NCBI RefSeq assembly: GCF_018350175.1
Contig: NC_058368.1
Location: 19,284,001-19,348,000 of the forward strand
Source of the DNA: Felis catus
Taxonomy: Eukaryota
Direction: 5' to 3'
DNA length: 64,000 nucleotides
The notes under the pieces are model-generated. The model was not told where the DNA came from, ran no database searches, and was given only the letters and a program-made list of their open reading frames with translations. The position numbers were made by a program, and so were the translations under genes. The first letter of the stretch is position 1. The number at the start of each line of letters is the position of its first letter. Shown here piece after piece: positions 12,310-25,714 of the stretch.

Positions 12310-14740
12310 CTTCTACTCTTCTGATGCCCATGCCATCTACCCAGACCATCCGCCTAATGCCCCCTCAACATTGCCATCCTCCAACCTTGTGGCAGCCATC
12401 AGTCACTAGCACCTGGGTCTCAGTCTTCCTTACCATCCTACAGGTAGGCCCAACTGGGCAATGTCAGTGCCCATCCAACATATAAAGCCTTACCATTGTT
12501 TGCAGCTGCTCCTCTTCTGAAATACTCAATTTCATAGCCTATTTTCAAGCTATTTTATGAATATTCAATTTCATTGCCTAGTTTCTTCTCCTCTCACTCG
12601 GCCAATATTATTACACTGGTTTCTCAACCTCACTGCAATTTCTGATTCCCCAACTCATCCATTTATTTTCTCCCCATATGCCAGCCAACTCCTGGCCTCA
12701 CTTCTCTCCCTACACTTATGATCCATTACATAAACCATTCTCTTACCAATAACCTCTCTCTGACCTTTAGTACTGAGCCATACTCCTTTCCCCGAGCTAC
12801 AGCAAAAGTCCATCCCTAGGTAAACCAAAACGTGAATTACCAGCTGCTGCACCAAGGTGCGGAGCACTGGTGGAGAAAATAATGCACCTGTGTGGGTCAG
12901 TGCCTCTGCATACCGACAGCCCCCAACCTCAGCTGCCCACAGCATGGGCAGCATGGGCTCCTAAGCAACTCAATTCTTTCATTCCCTACAAGTTTCACCA
13001 CTTTTCTCAAGTCCCCTACCAACCCTCCTCCTCAGAATGCCACTGATTCACACAAAAATAGAAGCTATCTGGAAAGTACGCCCCCAGCTCCTTTTGCCAT
13101 TTTCTTCTCCCACACAGACTTGGGAGCAGCCACACTTCTATTTACTTCTTTCTCTATGGAGTGGAAGAAGTATCTTCCTAGAAAGGTGGGTCCACCAAGT
13201 GCGCTCGGTCACCCTTCTCCAGGGGGATGAACCCTCTGTACCAGTTCTCTCCAGCTTCTCCCCTATGTAGCTCCGTGCAAACATGCTTAAGCTCTCACTT
13301 TAAAAAGACCCTTCTAGAACCCTCTCACTACTGCCACAACCATCTTATTCCTTGTCCTCCCAGCAACGCTTAAATAAAGAAGACTCTATATTTGCTGACT
13401 TACTCCTTCCACATCATCACCTCTGAGTCCTGCAACCTGCCTCCAGAATTAGTTTCAGTGAAATAGTTTCTGCTGAGGTCATTTATGATCTAGTAGCTAA
13501 ATTCAAAAAAATTTAGTCCTGATATTCCTTGACTGCAGTATTGGCTACTTCCCAACACTTCCTGAAACTTTTTCTCTTCTTGGCTTCAACGATAGTACTC
13601 ACTTAATTTGGAGCAAAGAACATCGACTTTGGAGCAAGGAGATCTAGATCCTATCCTGGCTCCATTAGCTCTACTCTCTCCACCAACGTCCCATCAACAT
13701 CTTCACTTTCACATGCCCAAGACTCATCCTCTTTCCCCCAGAACCTGGGTCTCATCCAATATATCCAATCTCAAGGAAATGGCTGTCCATGAAGTTGCCA
13801 GTACTAGAATCCTGGTTTTAATCCTTGATACTTCCCTCTCCATCACTCTCCACATCCAGAGTCTTTGACCCCTTCCCTCCTCTGCCTCTCCACTGTCATC
13901 ATTTCATTTTTCACCTGAGTTTTCACCTGAAAAACACTTAACAGGCCTTGCTGCTGCCATTCCTACCCCTTCCAATGTATTCTCCATAGTATAGCTAAGA
14001 GATCCCTCTGAAATACAGGCCAAACCTTGAAAGTCCCTTCGAATCTGGCTCCTACCTACCTGTCTGGGTTCATTTTTACCACTCCTTCTGGTACACTATG
14101 CTCTAGATACATTAAACTATTTTCAGTTCTTTGGCTCTCTTAATGTGCCATCTTCTTTCATGTTTTCATCCATTGTTCCCCTTGCTAAATTCCCTTTCTC
14201 ACTTGGTTCACCCCAGTGACACCTACTCAACTCTCAAACTTTAGCTCAGATATCACCACCTCCAACAAAGGAGTTATTCCCAGCATGGATTTTCACCCCG
14301 GAAAGCTTCCATAGTAAGCCGTGGATACTTTTTTCATTGTAGGCTCTACACTGTGCTGTATATTATTCCTGTGTGTCTGCTGAGCTACTATATCCTAAGT
14401 GCCTTCCAGATAGGAACAATGCCTTATCTTCATACAGTAAAACCTTCGTTTGCGAGTATAAGTCATTCCAGAAACATGCTGGTAATCCAAGGCACTTGTA
14501 TATCAAAGCAAATTTCAAGAACCATTGGCTCAATTGTGATCACGTGGCATTTGGCATCATGTACTACTCGTACTGCAAGACACTGCTTGTTTATCAAGTT
14601 AAAATTTATTAGAAATGTTTGCTCGTCTTGTGGAACACTCATAGACGAGTTACTCGCAATCTAAGATTTTACTATATTCCCAACCCCAGTCATAGTAACT
14701 TACACATAGCTGGTATCCAATAAATGTTAGATTAATTCAT
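12310..14740 (+). mobile_element. Highly diverged L2, interrupted by a MITE
   Basis: C/T-rich L2-like text and an L2-type 3' end (cacatagctggtatccaataaatgtt). Confidence 0.55.
14435..14674. mobile_element. Tc1/mariner (Tigger-like) MITE, 240 bp
   Basis: Imperfect TIRs cagtaaaaccttcgtttgcgagta … tactcgcaatctaagattttacta, flanked by TA on both sides. Confidence 0.8.
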
Positions 14741-17012
14741 TATTAAAAAGGTAATAGCAAAATGATCAATATCCCACCTGACAGAATGTGGACATATGGC
14801 AGTGGATCCTCCCATTCTCAAGTTTGAACGAGATGGTCAAATTAACATAGAACTTGACAAAAAAAACATCCTTCAAAGCCAAATAAAACTAAACTCTTAA
14901 CCAAGTGAACCTGGCTGAATGATGAAAGACTTGTTTCCTGACATCACTTCATTCAAGTACCGTGGCTGCTTACCTCCATGGGGAGAAGCAATTCAATTGC
15001 ACATCATGGTCGCTTTATTTAGCGGTTATCTTTGACTGTGCTGGCTCCCTTCAAAACCATGGCTGGAGAAAAGCCCAAGAGCTGCTGACCTCACCCCTCT
15101 CTGCCTCATCTACTTCCCTCTTTCACTTGAAGTGAAGATTTCCAGATGCTAAGCAGCCTACGAACAGATCTTTACATTTCCAAGGAGTGTGAAATAGATT
15201 GAATACGAAGATGAACACTTGGAAGAAATTATCATCTTTATCCACATAAGCATGTATCTGAGGACCTTTTTGCTAATTTATAATTTCTAGTTCCCAAATT
15301 TTCCAAAAATCTAGTACAAATTTCTAGTTCCCACCCAATATTAAAGAGTTAAGACAAAAGAACATGAAATAATTCCATATATCCTCAAAATTAATTGCTA
15401 ATTCCAGGTTGTTGATGCTTCCAGAAAGCTAGACTGGCCCGTGCAGAAAGGCAAGGTATTCAAGATAGGTAGCTTAGAAGGGTCAGATCTAATCCTCTGC
15501 TTTCTAGCTTTATGGTCTTGGGTAGGTCAGTTATCCTCTCTATGCTACAGAGTCCCAATTAAGTGTGATAATGTATTTAAAGTGCTGGCACATAGCAAAT
15601 GGTCAACAAACCATTTATGTCTTGTCACTTCTAAGGTACAGAAGCCAGTGACAATTGATTTTAAATTCAATTGAGTTCATCCATTCATTCACTCATTTAT
15701 TCCTTCATTATGGAACTCTAGATAGAATATCTTAACACAACATGCCATCCCAGAATTGAGAAGAACAGATATATTTGAAGGTACTTATACCCAAGAAAGG
15801 AGCTGTGAAAGTGAAGGGGACTTATAAAGAAAGAGTAGACAGAGAATAGAGCCTAGAAAATAATACAAAATATAACTGGAGATAGAACAGATTCAGAGTG
15901 GGGTCAAGGCCTTATGAAAGAAGAGGGGCAGGCTAAGGGCTAGCAGAAGAGCTTAAGTCTGAGGAAAATCAGAAGAAAGAACATCCTCAGGATGCTGGAA
16001 TAAAGGGAACAAGTCTGGCTGGAAAAATGAGACAGCAAAAATGAATTTGTAAGATCACATGTGGGGGACACTGGCCAAGGTGTTGCCACGTGCCTGTGGT
16101 TTTTGCTTAAAGATGCTCTGAGATCCAAACACAGAAAAAAATCTAACTCCCCCAGATCTTAAGGGACAAAGAACTAGGGATGGTTTTCTAACCTGGAATT
16201 GGAGAGTGGAAGAAGTCAGGACTTGACAGAAGGACTTTATCTAAGGGTCAGGACCAAAGCAAAGGCTGTCAAATTAAATGGGGGGCTGTTTGTAGATCAG
16301 TAGGTGAGACGGTGTGTGGAAAGAACAAGGATTAGTATTACTGTAACCTGTAGCAAATGAATGGAATTCAACTCCATAAGCTGAAGCACACCTAACCGAG
16401 CTTGTCAGCATTACATCTATAAACCATTCATATCAAAACTCACTAAACACCCACGAGTGCCTTCAAGATGCTGAGAGGATGACAGAAAGGCCAGTCTCCA
16501 GATGATGACAAGAAGAAATCTCCCCACCTTCTCCTCCTGAATAGGGGTAATAAAGAGGAAACGTAAGGCCATTCAGGGATAAGACAGGGTGACTTGACCC
16601 ATTTTGACAAATAACCGTCTATATGGTCCCCTCGAGCTTCTCTGAGATGATGAGAAAAAGCATTTTTTACATGTTCTTCCACAATTTTAGCAGGAAGAAG
16701 TAAAGGATAGATAAGAAAACAAAAGCACAACCAAGAATACCTCAGGAAGAAAAGATCATCCCTCCTATTTTTGTATTTTTAAAAATGATTTCCTTGTCAT
16801 TTCCCTGTCTTCCATAGTGTGAAATCCCCCACCATCTCACTGGCCAGCTACTCCCAGTCATAGAAAAACTACTGAGTATAGTCTTAGTAAAGCCAGCAGC
16901 AATAACAGAGTGTCAATGAGTCCACCTCTGAACTCAGGTTGGTGATTTTCAGGCAGGTCTAGGTTCAACAGTCCCTCTGTGGAGAGATTCCAGAAGAAAG
17001 AAGAATACCTAC

Positions 17013-17171
17013 CAGCACACTCCTCCAGGGAACACAGGGAGGTCTCCGAGGACATTCCAGGGCAGCCAGGTCTGGAGGGGAAGGAAGTCAGGCACACGCG
17101 GCGTCGCTCTCTGACACCATCCCCACACGTGGCACTACACTGGCTCCACGGCTGCCACAGTCCCCAAGTTT
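17013..17171 (-). CDS. THSD1: THSD1 exon 4: thrombospondin type-1 repeat (WGLWQPWSQCSATCGDGVRERRRVC…C…C…C)
   Basis: TSP1 signature WxxWxxWSxCSxTCGxG..R.R.C; acceptor ttgcag|AA, donor G|gtaggt; 159 nt, phase 1-1. Confidence 0.97.
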
Positions 17172-18780
17172 CTGCAAGGACATTAGCCATGCTTTTAATG
17201 CTAGTTCATTTGAGAATCAGAATTTAACTGTACCCAAATGAAGCAGCAAACTCAAATCTCAGGCCTTGAAAAGTCAGTAAATAAAAATATCCCCAAAGAT
17301 GCGGAAAGCTGGAAAGAGTGTGTAGCCACCCTTAAAACAAAGGAAAGCTGTATAATTTACAAAATATTAACCTTTTTGGAACTCATCAGAGAGAAAAGGT
17401 CACAGGACAACCAAATGGCCTGAAGGAAACACAGCCTCCTCTAAGGCAAGACAGGATGCAAACCTTGCTTCCTGAGATAGATACCAGGCCTCATAAAAGC
17501 TAGTGGAAAGAAGTCATCTGAAAACATATGAACTGCTAGAAGTCTAGTGTGGGCTAGCATGAGAATACAGAATCCCTGGGAGCCACATATCCAATGGGAA
17601 TTTGTACCCACTTGCAGGTTCTTCATGGATCTCATCAAATGCTCACAAGAAGGACTGAGGGTACGTGCAAGGCCAGAGAGGGCCTTCCTTTTAGTTCAGG
17701 CCTGAGGATAGAAGGAGTGGCACTGTGGGAAAGACAAACCTCATGTGGATTCTCCTCCCCATCTGCTCTACCAACAAAAGCCTCAACCACTGGGGGGAAA
17801 GCAGCAGCCCTGTCACTTTAAGGGCACCAGTTGAGACACAATACTGCTAAGGAATGCAAAAAGAAGGAAATCCTTCACCCCTGAAGAGGAGCAGAAAATA
17901 TACTGAGTCCAGACTATTAGAAAGCTTCCACCACTGAAGAGAGGCAAGATCAAGAAGGCCCCATCCCTGAGACTCAGGGGCACAGCATTTATCTAAGACT
18001 AAGGATGAAATGGAACAAGAAAAAGCTCTCCAGCTCCCATCACCCAAACCCTACCCTGCACCATGCTAGCAATTTCCAAGTATCACTAATGACAACCCAC
18101 TGCTAGAGCAGGGGCAAGAGCGACAGATGACAACCTCTCTTGTGTGCAGGCTCAAGCCTAAAGCTGAGGGTGGAGAAGCCTGGCAAGACAACTCCTACCC
18201 TAACTGCAAAGTAACATTAGAAAATTCTGAACTCTATCATGTACTGAGGATGGCCATAGCAACAGCACAAACCCAAACACAGCTTAATTCCTTAGTGCAC
18301 TGACCCAATCCCCACACTAATGGCCTAGCAAAAATAGGAAAAATAGGGTATGCCCATTTCCCCACATAAGTACTATTTATTGTTGTCTACAGTTCTAAAT
18401 AAGATGTGCAACTTTCAACCAAAAATTATGAGACACACAAGCAGCAAGAAAAAAACTACCAATAAATAAAGTAATCAAGAGAACCAGACCCAAATGTGAT
18501 CCAGGTATTAGAACTATCAGAGAGAGAAGTTAAAATACTATGATTAACATGAAAGACTTTAGTGGAAAGGTAAACAAGATGAATAGATACAAATTTTCAT
18601 TAGAGAGTTATAAACTAAGAAGAGGTGAATGGAATGCTAGAAATGAAAAACACAGAACAAAGATGAAGAATGCCGTCTAGAATGCTCATAAGTAGACTTA
18701 CTGAGGAAAGAAACAGTAAATTTAATATAGGTCAATAGAAATCACTCAAACTGAGACACAAAGATTGAAAAGAGAGAGTG

Positions 18781-19010
18781 GGGGTGCCCAGGTGGCTCAG
18801 TTGCTTGAGTGTCTGACCTTGGCTCAGGTCATAATCTCATGGTTCGTGGGTTTGAGCCCCATGTCAGGCTGTGTGCAGACATGCTCAGCCTGCTTCAGAT
18901 TCTGTGTCTCCCTCTGTCTCTGCCCTCCCCTGCTTGCGCTCTGTCTCTGTCTCTATTGAAAATAAAACATTTTAAAAAAATAAAAAAATTAAATTAAAAA
19001 AATAAAAAAT
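18781..19010 (+). mobile_element. SINEC (tRNA-derived)
   Basis: tRNA head, CT-rich body, A tail; TSD aaaagagagagtg. Confidence 0.92.
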
Positions 19011-19849
19011 AAAAAGAGAGAGTGAATAAAACAGAATGGAATATCCAAGATCTGGGGGACAATATCAAATAATCTCTTGCTCATGTTATTAGAATCCCAG
19101 AAGAGAAAAAGAGAATCAAAAAATGAGGAAGAATTTTCCAAAATTAATGAAATATACTAAGCTCTATCCAAGATGCTCAGAAAACATCAGGCAGAATAAA
19201 TACAAAAAAGCAAATAAACAAAAAGAAGTTAAACACACTATATTTAAACTGGTAAAAACAAACAAACAAACAAACAAAACTTCTAAGGCTGTGGGAGGAG
19301 GAGGGAAGGTGGAAGGAGCAAACACATTGTATATGGAAGAATAAAGATGAGAAATTGAACAGACTTCTTGCCGTGTAATCCAAGGATAGTGGAGTAGTAT
19401 CTCTAAAGTAATGAAAGAAAAAAAAAAAGACCAATCCAAAATTCTTCCAAAAATTAAGGAGAAATAAAGATTTAGACAAACAAAAATCAATAAAATTAAT
19501 TACCAGCAGACCCTCACTACAAGAAATGTTAATAGAAAATCCTTCAGGCAGAAGGAATATGATACCAGAAAAAAAAATTGTCTGTACAAAGAACTGAAAA
19601 GTGCTGGAAATGGCATTTATAAAGGTAAAAATAAAACTCATTTTTTCTTATTTTTAAATGCTCTAAACTATAACTGCTAAAGAATAATAGTACTATGTAT
19701 TCAGAGCATATATAAAGTAAAATGTATGACAATAATCACACAAAGAACGGGAGTAATGAATTGGGAGTGTACTATTAATAAGGTCCTTATGCTACATGTG
19801 AAGCAAAACATTATTACTCAAAGGTAGATCAAGAATAATTAAAGATATA

Positions 19850-20075
19850 GGGGCGCCTGGGTGGCGCAGTCGGTTAAGCGTCCGACTTCAGCCAGGTCAC
19901 GATCTCGCGGTCTGGGAGTTTGAGCCCCGCGTCAGGCTCTGGGCTGACGGCTCAGAGCCTGGAGCCTGTTTCTGATTCTGTGTCTCCCTCTCTCTCTGCC
20001 CCTCCCCCGTTCATGCTCTGTCTCTCTCTGTCCCAAAAATAAATAAACGTTGAAAAAAAAATTAAAAAAAAAAAA
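19850..20075 (+). mobile_element. Young felid SINEC
   Basis: CpG-rich; TSD aagaataattaaagatata. Confidence 0.95.
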
Positions 20076-20533
20076 AGAATAATTAAAGATATATATTGTA
20101 AACTCCAGGATAACCACAAAAAACATTTTAAGGTATAAACAATAAACCAACAGTGTGGTTAAACTAACTCATAAAAAATATTCAATTAACACAAAAGAAG
20201 GCAGAAATGAGGAAAAAGAAACAAAGAACAGAAGAAACAGAAAACTACCAAGATGACAGATCTTAATCTAACCAAATAATGTTTACACTAAATATAAATA
20301 ATCTAAACACACCTCTTAAAAGATAGAGATTGTGAGATTGGGTAAAAAAGCATGACCTAACTATATGTTACTTAAAAGAAACTCACTTAAAACACTAATT
20401 CAAAAACATATATGCATTCCAATGTTTACTGCAGCATTATTTACAATGTCCAAGATATGGAAGTAACCAAAGTGTCCATTGATAGATGAATGGATAAAAA
20501 AGATGTAAGGTAGGTACACACACACACACACAC

Positions 20534-20569
<36 letters not shown>

Positions 20570-22204
20570 GAATAATACTCACCCACAAAAAAGGATGAGA
20601 TCTATAGGGCAAAAAAGGATGGACCTATAGGGAATTATGCTAAGTGAAATAAGTCAGACTGGGAAAAATAAACACTGTATGATTTCACTCATATGTGGAA
20701 TCTAAAAAACAAATGAATAAACAAACAAAAAGCAGAACTAGATGTATAAATACAGAAACAACCTGATGGTTGCCAGAAGGAAGGGGGTGATGAGATGGGA
20801 AAAATGGATGAAGGGAAGAGAGAAATACAGGCTTCCAGTGAAGAAATGAGTAAGTCATAGGAATAAAAGGCACAACACAGAGAAAATAGTCAAAGACATT
20901 GTAATAGCATCATATGGTGACAAATGGTAGTCACACTTGTGTTGAGCTAAGCATAACACATAGAGAAGTTGAATCACTATGTTGTACACCTGAAACTAAG
21001 TAACATTGTGTGTCAACTATACTCAGTTAAAAATTTTTTCACTAAAAAACTTACTTTAAATACTAAATACATAAATAGGTTAAATATTAACAGTTGGGAG
21101 AAGTTAAACCCATGAACATTCATTAACAGAAAACTGGAGTAACGATATTAGCATCAGACAAGGTAGACTGCAGAACAAGGGATACTACCAGGAATAAGAG
21201 GGACATTATTACATAATGATAAAAGGGTTAATCTAGAAAGGAGTCTTAACAATCTTAAATGGGGGTGCACCTACCACCAGAGCTTCAAATTCATACCAAA
21301 TATTCCCACAACAATTTAATGACTGACACATGCAAGCATCTCTTCCAAGCATCTATGTAATCACTGCCAGATAGAATAATTAAGTAGTCTCCCACAAAAA
21401 ATTGTTCTAAGACCCTTCTCTATCAGTACCCATCCAACCTCAAGACCCAGGTCATACCAACCCTGGGCACCAAAACACCCTCTGCATAAAAGTCTTTCTT
21501 CATCATTTATGGACAAAAGTTCAATACATTCACAGGTATATAAAGCACTAGGAAAACATAAGAACACATAGGGCAGATACATTCTCAGGTAATCCAAGTG
21601 GTGCAATCTTTGAAATGAGTCATGGAGTATGAGCTCTTTAAAGCAATTAAAAGTCTCTGGGATTTTCACAAGAGTGGGAGCATTACAAACCACAACCCTG
21701 GACCAACATCAACTGAGGTGTGGTAATTATGTTCCATCCAGAGGTCCAACTGAACACAATATTGGTTCTGTGTCTCCAGATTACACTGCAGCTCCTCAAA
21801 TGGAAGAACAATAAGCCAGCTTTGTCCTTAAGCTACAGAGCTATTCAGACACTAAGCCCCTCGTGCCTGCAAAGCTTTGGGACTCTCATATTAAAATCTC
21901 TTTGAATTAAAGCATGGTGATTTATTTTTGAAAAATCAACTGGGAATTCCACTACTGAGAAATCTAAACTGAAAATTAAGTCAGTGCATAGTTTATCCTT
22001 CTCTTATGCTCATATTTAAGAGCACAAAAGGTAGAATTACAAATGCTAATAATCTTTTTGTAAACTCTCATTTACTTTACATGAATATAATTTATTTAAT
22101 ATATAAAGTTATTTGTCAAACTAAAAACAAAAATTCCACTAGTAGTGGCCAGGAAAAAAAAAATCAAAGTTTTAATAAAAGCATGAATATTATTGTCAAA
22201 AATT

Positions 22205-22680
22205 TCATGTTTATAGAAGCACTTTCAACAATAGCCAAATTATGGAAAGAGCCTAAATGTCTGTCCATCAATTGACAAATGGATAAAGAACATGTGGTTT
22301 ATATATACAATGGAATACTACTTGGCAATGAGAAAGAATGAAATCTGGCCATTTGCAGCAACACGGATGGAACTGGAGGGTATTATGTTAAGTGAAATAA
22401 GCCAGACAGAGAAAGACAAATACCATATGTTTTCACTTCACTCATCTGTGGATCTTGAGAAACTTAACGGAAGGCCATGGGGGAGGGGAAGAGGGAAAAA
22501 AAAAAGGCAAATCACAAGACAGGGAGGGAGGCAAACCACAAGAGACTCTTGGATACTGAGAACTGAGGGATGATGGGGGTGGGGGAGAGGGGAAAGTGGG
22601 TGATGGGCATTGAGGAAGGCACTTGTTGGGATGAGCACTGGGTGTTGTATGGAAACCAATTTCACAATAAATTATATAAA
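22205..22680 (+). mobile_element. Short 5'-truncated felid L1
   Basis: MFIEALSTIAKLWKEPKC…MEYYLAMRKNEIWPFAAT; 3' UTR similar to the copy at 1-1130. Confidence 0.9.
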
Positions 22681-23293
22681 AACAATTTTCATTTTGAAAT
22701 GTTGTGTCTTTTTCCCTTGGAAGTAAAATCATGGTTTGTAGGACAATCAACAAAAAGTAAACATTTAGGCTACATCTTATCTCCTTTAATTTTAAGCCAC
22801 ATTAATCAAACAGGAACATAGGAAATCAATCAAAGCAATTAACAAATTTAGTCAGGCAAAAATTTTTAATGCTTTAAGTAATTCTGTCTGTTCCCTGAAG
22901 ATTTCTACCAATAACTTTGAGGGAAATACTAGGCTAAATGAAAAGTCATTAGATAAATGTAGTTCGTGTTTTAGAAATAAAGAGCAAGATGATCAATATT
23001 TCAAATACTTTTCATGAATGAAAGCTGTTTTGTTTTGTCCTGGTTAGATGTCCATACATGCACTCACACTACATAACAAACCTGTTTGGCCAGCATAAAT
23101 ACCTTTCAGGCTACTATAGAGGATATTAATTCTGAATGAGCAAAATTTGTCTGGAATAGGAAAAGGGAAATTTGTTTCCACCCCTCAAGACTATCTGAAA
23201 GAATACAGCCCATGAAATATTCACAACTGGAAGACATTTTGCTCAAGAAACTAAAGCAACTAAACAAAACACGCTTATAAAAAAAGTTCTTTA

Positions 23294-23532
23294 GGGGCGC
23301 CTGGGTGGCTCAGTCAGTTGAGCGTCTGACTCTTGGTTTCAGCTCAGGTCATGATCTCACAGTTTGTGGGCTCAAGCCCCACAATGGGCTCACATCAGGC
23401 TCTGCGATGACAGTGCAAAGCCTTCTTGGGATTTTCTTTCTCCCTCTTTCTCTGCCCCTCTCCCACTTGTGCTCTATCTCTCTCTTTAATAAATTTAAAA
23501 AATAAACATTAAAAAAAAAGACATTAGCTTAA

Positions 23533-23584
<52 letters not shown>

Positions 23585-23590
23585 AAAGAA
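23294..23590 (+). mobile_element. SINEC with (GAAA)n tail
   Basis: Head ggggcgcctgggtggctcag; TSD aaagttct. Confidence 0.9.
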
Positions 23591-23849
23591 AGTTCTCTAG
23601 ACAAGAGTAACTAAAAGCAACAGATGGAGCAAAGGCACCTGGATAAGCAGTTCAGACTTTCTGTGCACAGAACAAGGCTCATTTATATTGGCCAAATCAT
23701 GCTTGTGGGTTCCAAAGTGGGTTATGTGTGTTTCAAGAGGGGTGGACAGCACAAGACAAACCAGTGAGATGAGAAAATAGTATAATTTTTTTCAATTTAA
23801 ACATTTTACATTATTTAATACATGAATTGACAGTTGATTATATGGGAGG

Positions 23850-24080
23850 CAGTGAAGAATAATGGTAAAAGCCAGTCAACCATCAGTAGTGGTTAAGACA
23901 CTTAACCACCCATTGAGCTCAGGCAAGTTACTTATTTTGTGCTTCTATTTCTTCACCTATAAAATTGACAAAATTATAAGCCTAACTAATAGGGTTGTTA
24001 TGAAGATTAAACAGGTTAATATTTATAAATCACTCAGAACAGTGCCTGGTTACAAAGTAATCACTATATAAACATTAGCT
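23850..24080 (+). mobile_element. MIR
   Basis: MIR core ggcaagttactta…ttcacctataaaat…agggttgttatgaagattaaa…acagtgcctgg. Confidence 0.8.
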
Positions 24081-24531
24081 TTATTATGTCAGATGATCGC
24101 ACACAGGATGTCAGATATCCTACAGGATATTCCTAAGGAATCCCAAAAGAAGAGTTTATTCTTGGAAGGATTTACATATTCATTCACTTTCAAAGAATAT
24201 GGAGTAGTGCAGCATCTAGGGGTCTACTTACATGAATTTTTACAACTGTATTTTCTAGCTTTAGGTAAACTAACTCCCTAAGTGGACAAGTAGCTTAAAA
24301 AAGATTCTGGCGGAGAATTAAAGATAATGCACAACGTGCAAACAGGAAGGAACTGACAGGGTTGATAGTTCTGTCCTTGGTAAAAAGCTCTTGTTCAGTC
24401 ATTATGAAAGAAAAACCATACCATTTAATCACAGAAACAAGAAGATGGCCTAAAAATTAAATTATCAAGGAAACTATAAATATATACACTTTTTATTTAC
24501 CAAAAAAAAAAAACTAAGTTAAAAAAAGTTA

Positions 24532-24760
24532 GGGGCGCCTGGGTGGCGCAGTCGGTTAAGCGTCCGACTTCAGCCAGGTCACGATCTCGCGCTCCGTGAG
24601 TTTGAGCCCCGCGTCAGGCTCTGGGCTGATGGCTCGGAGCCTGGAGCCTGTTTCCGATTCTGTGTCTCCCTCTCTCTCTGCCCCTCCCCCGTTCATGCTC
24701 TGTCTCTCTCTGTCCCAAAAATAAAAATAAAACGTTGAAAAAAAAAATTAAAAAAAAAAA
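24532..24760 (+). mobile_element. Young felid SINEC
   Basis: Near-identical to the copy at 44.7-44.9 kb; TSD aaaaaaagtta. Confidence 0.95.
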
Positions 24761-25714
24761 AAAGTTATGTGACTATGACTTCATATCCTCTATCATTCAT
24801 TATCAACTTTTACCCTAAATTTATATACTCCCATCTGAAACGGGATGTTGGGCAGATGTGCTCAGAATTTAGGATTTCTCAACTTATTTTTGTAAGTTAT
24901 TACAGTGCTATGCCAAGATTACTAACACTCCCCTACCAGGATCTCAGGCAGCATCCCATAGCCAAACACATTAACATTTCTGCAGAGAAAAATATGAACA
25001 TTCACACCAAGTAGGATTAATGAAGACCATGAATAATTTTTGGTTAAATGCAGCACATCTATTTTGCATTTCCTGTAAACTGTTATTTACTTACTATCTT
25101 CAGGTCTGAAGATATATTTGGAAAAAGAGACAGACATGTCAAACACATTACTCCATTGTCCAAAGGAACTAGTAAGAAATTCAGTGGAGGCAGCAGCTCA
25201 CACAAGTCATGGTGGGTTCAGTGGGGTCCCTAAATGATACCATTTACCAAAAAAAAAAAAAAAAAAGTCAGCTGCCAATTTAAGTGGAAAATGAAAAGAA
25301 GAGAACTCGATTCGGTCATACATTTTTTATACTAAAACCAGGGAAGGCACTGAGGTCCCCATTACTAGCATAAATGTCAGTGATTAGCCGGAGTCTCCTT
25401 CCTTCTGCCCCTCTCCAGTGTCTTCTCCCTGCTGCTGTGGGGAAAACTCAGTCTTTAAACGAGGCAGAAGAATCAGAGGGAACCCCAACAGCTGGGAGAA
25501 CCACAAGGTAGACCTCCTGCTCCCAGTGTTTTTAATCAAATGGCTCAAATGTCTTTATATCCCTTGGTTTGTTTCCACCACATTCAATTAGACTTTTTTT
25601 CTCTTAACTTCTTTTGAAAAGGCAAGTGTAGCTTGAATGATTAAATTAGCTTAATATAATTTTTCTATGCTAATATCTGGACCGGCCACATTTGCATTCA
25701 ATTTTCACTTGAAT

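Larger units (their letters stand above)
17250..21290 (+). mobile_element. Old L1 5' half (UTR, ORF1, start of ORF2) with two nested SINECs and a nested L1 3' end (~20400-21035)
   Basis: ORF1-like RKNFPKLMK, cagcagaccctcactacaagaaatg, endonuclease-start text; nested 3' end with microsatellite. Confidence 0.75.

Noticed and set aside
14353..14664. 103-aa ORF
   Set aside because: Overlaps a non-autonomous MITE; no transposase motifs
19850..19930. tRNA genes at SINE heads
   Set aside because: A/B boxes belong to tRNA-derived SINEC elements with CT bodies, tails and TSDs
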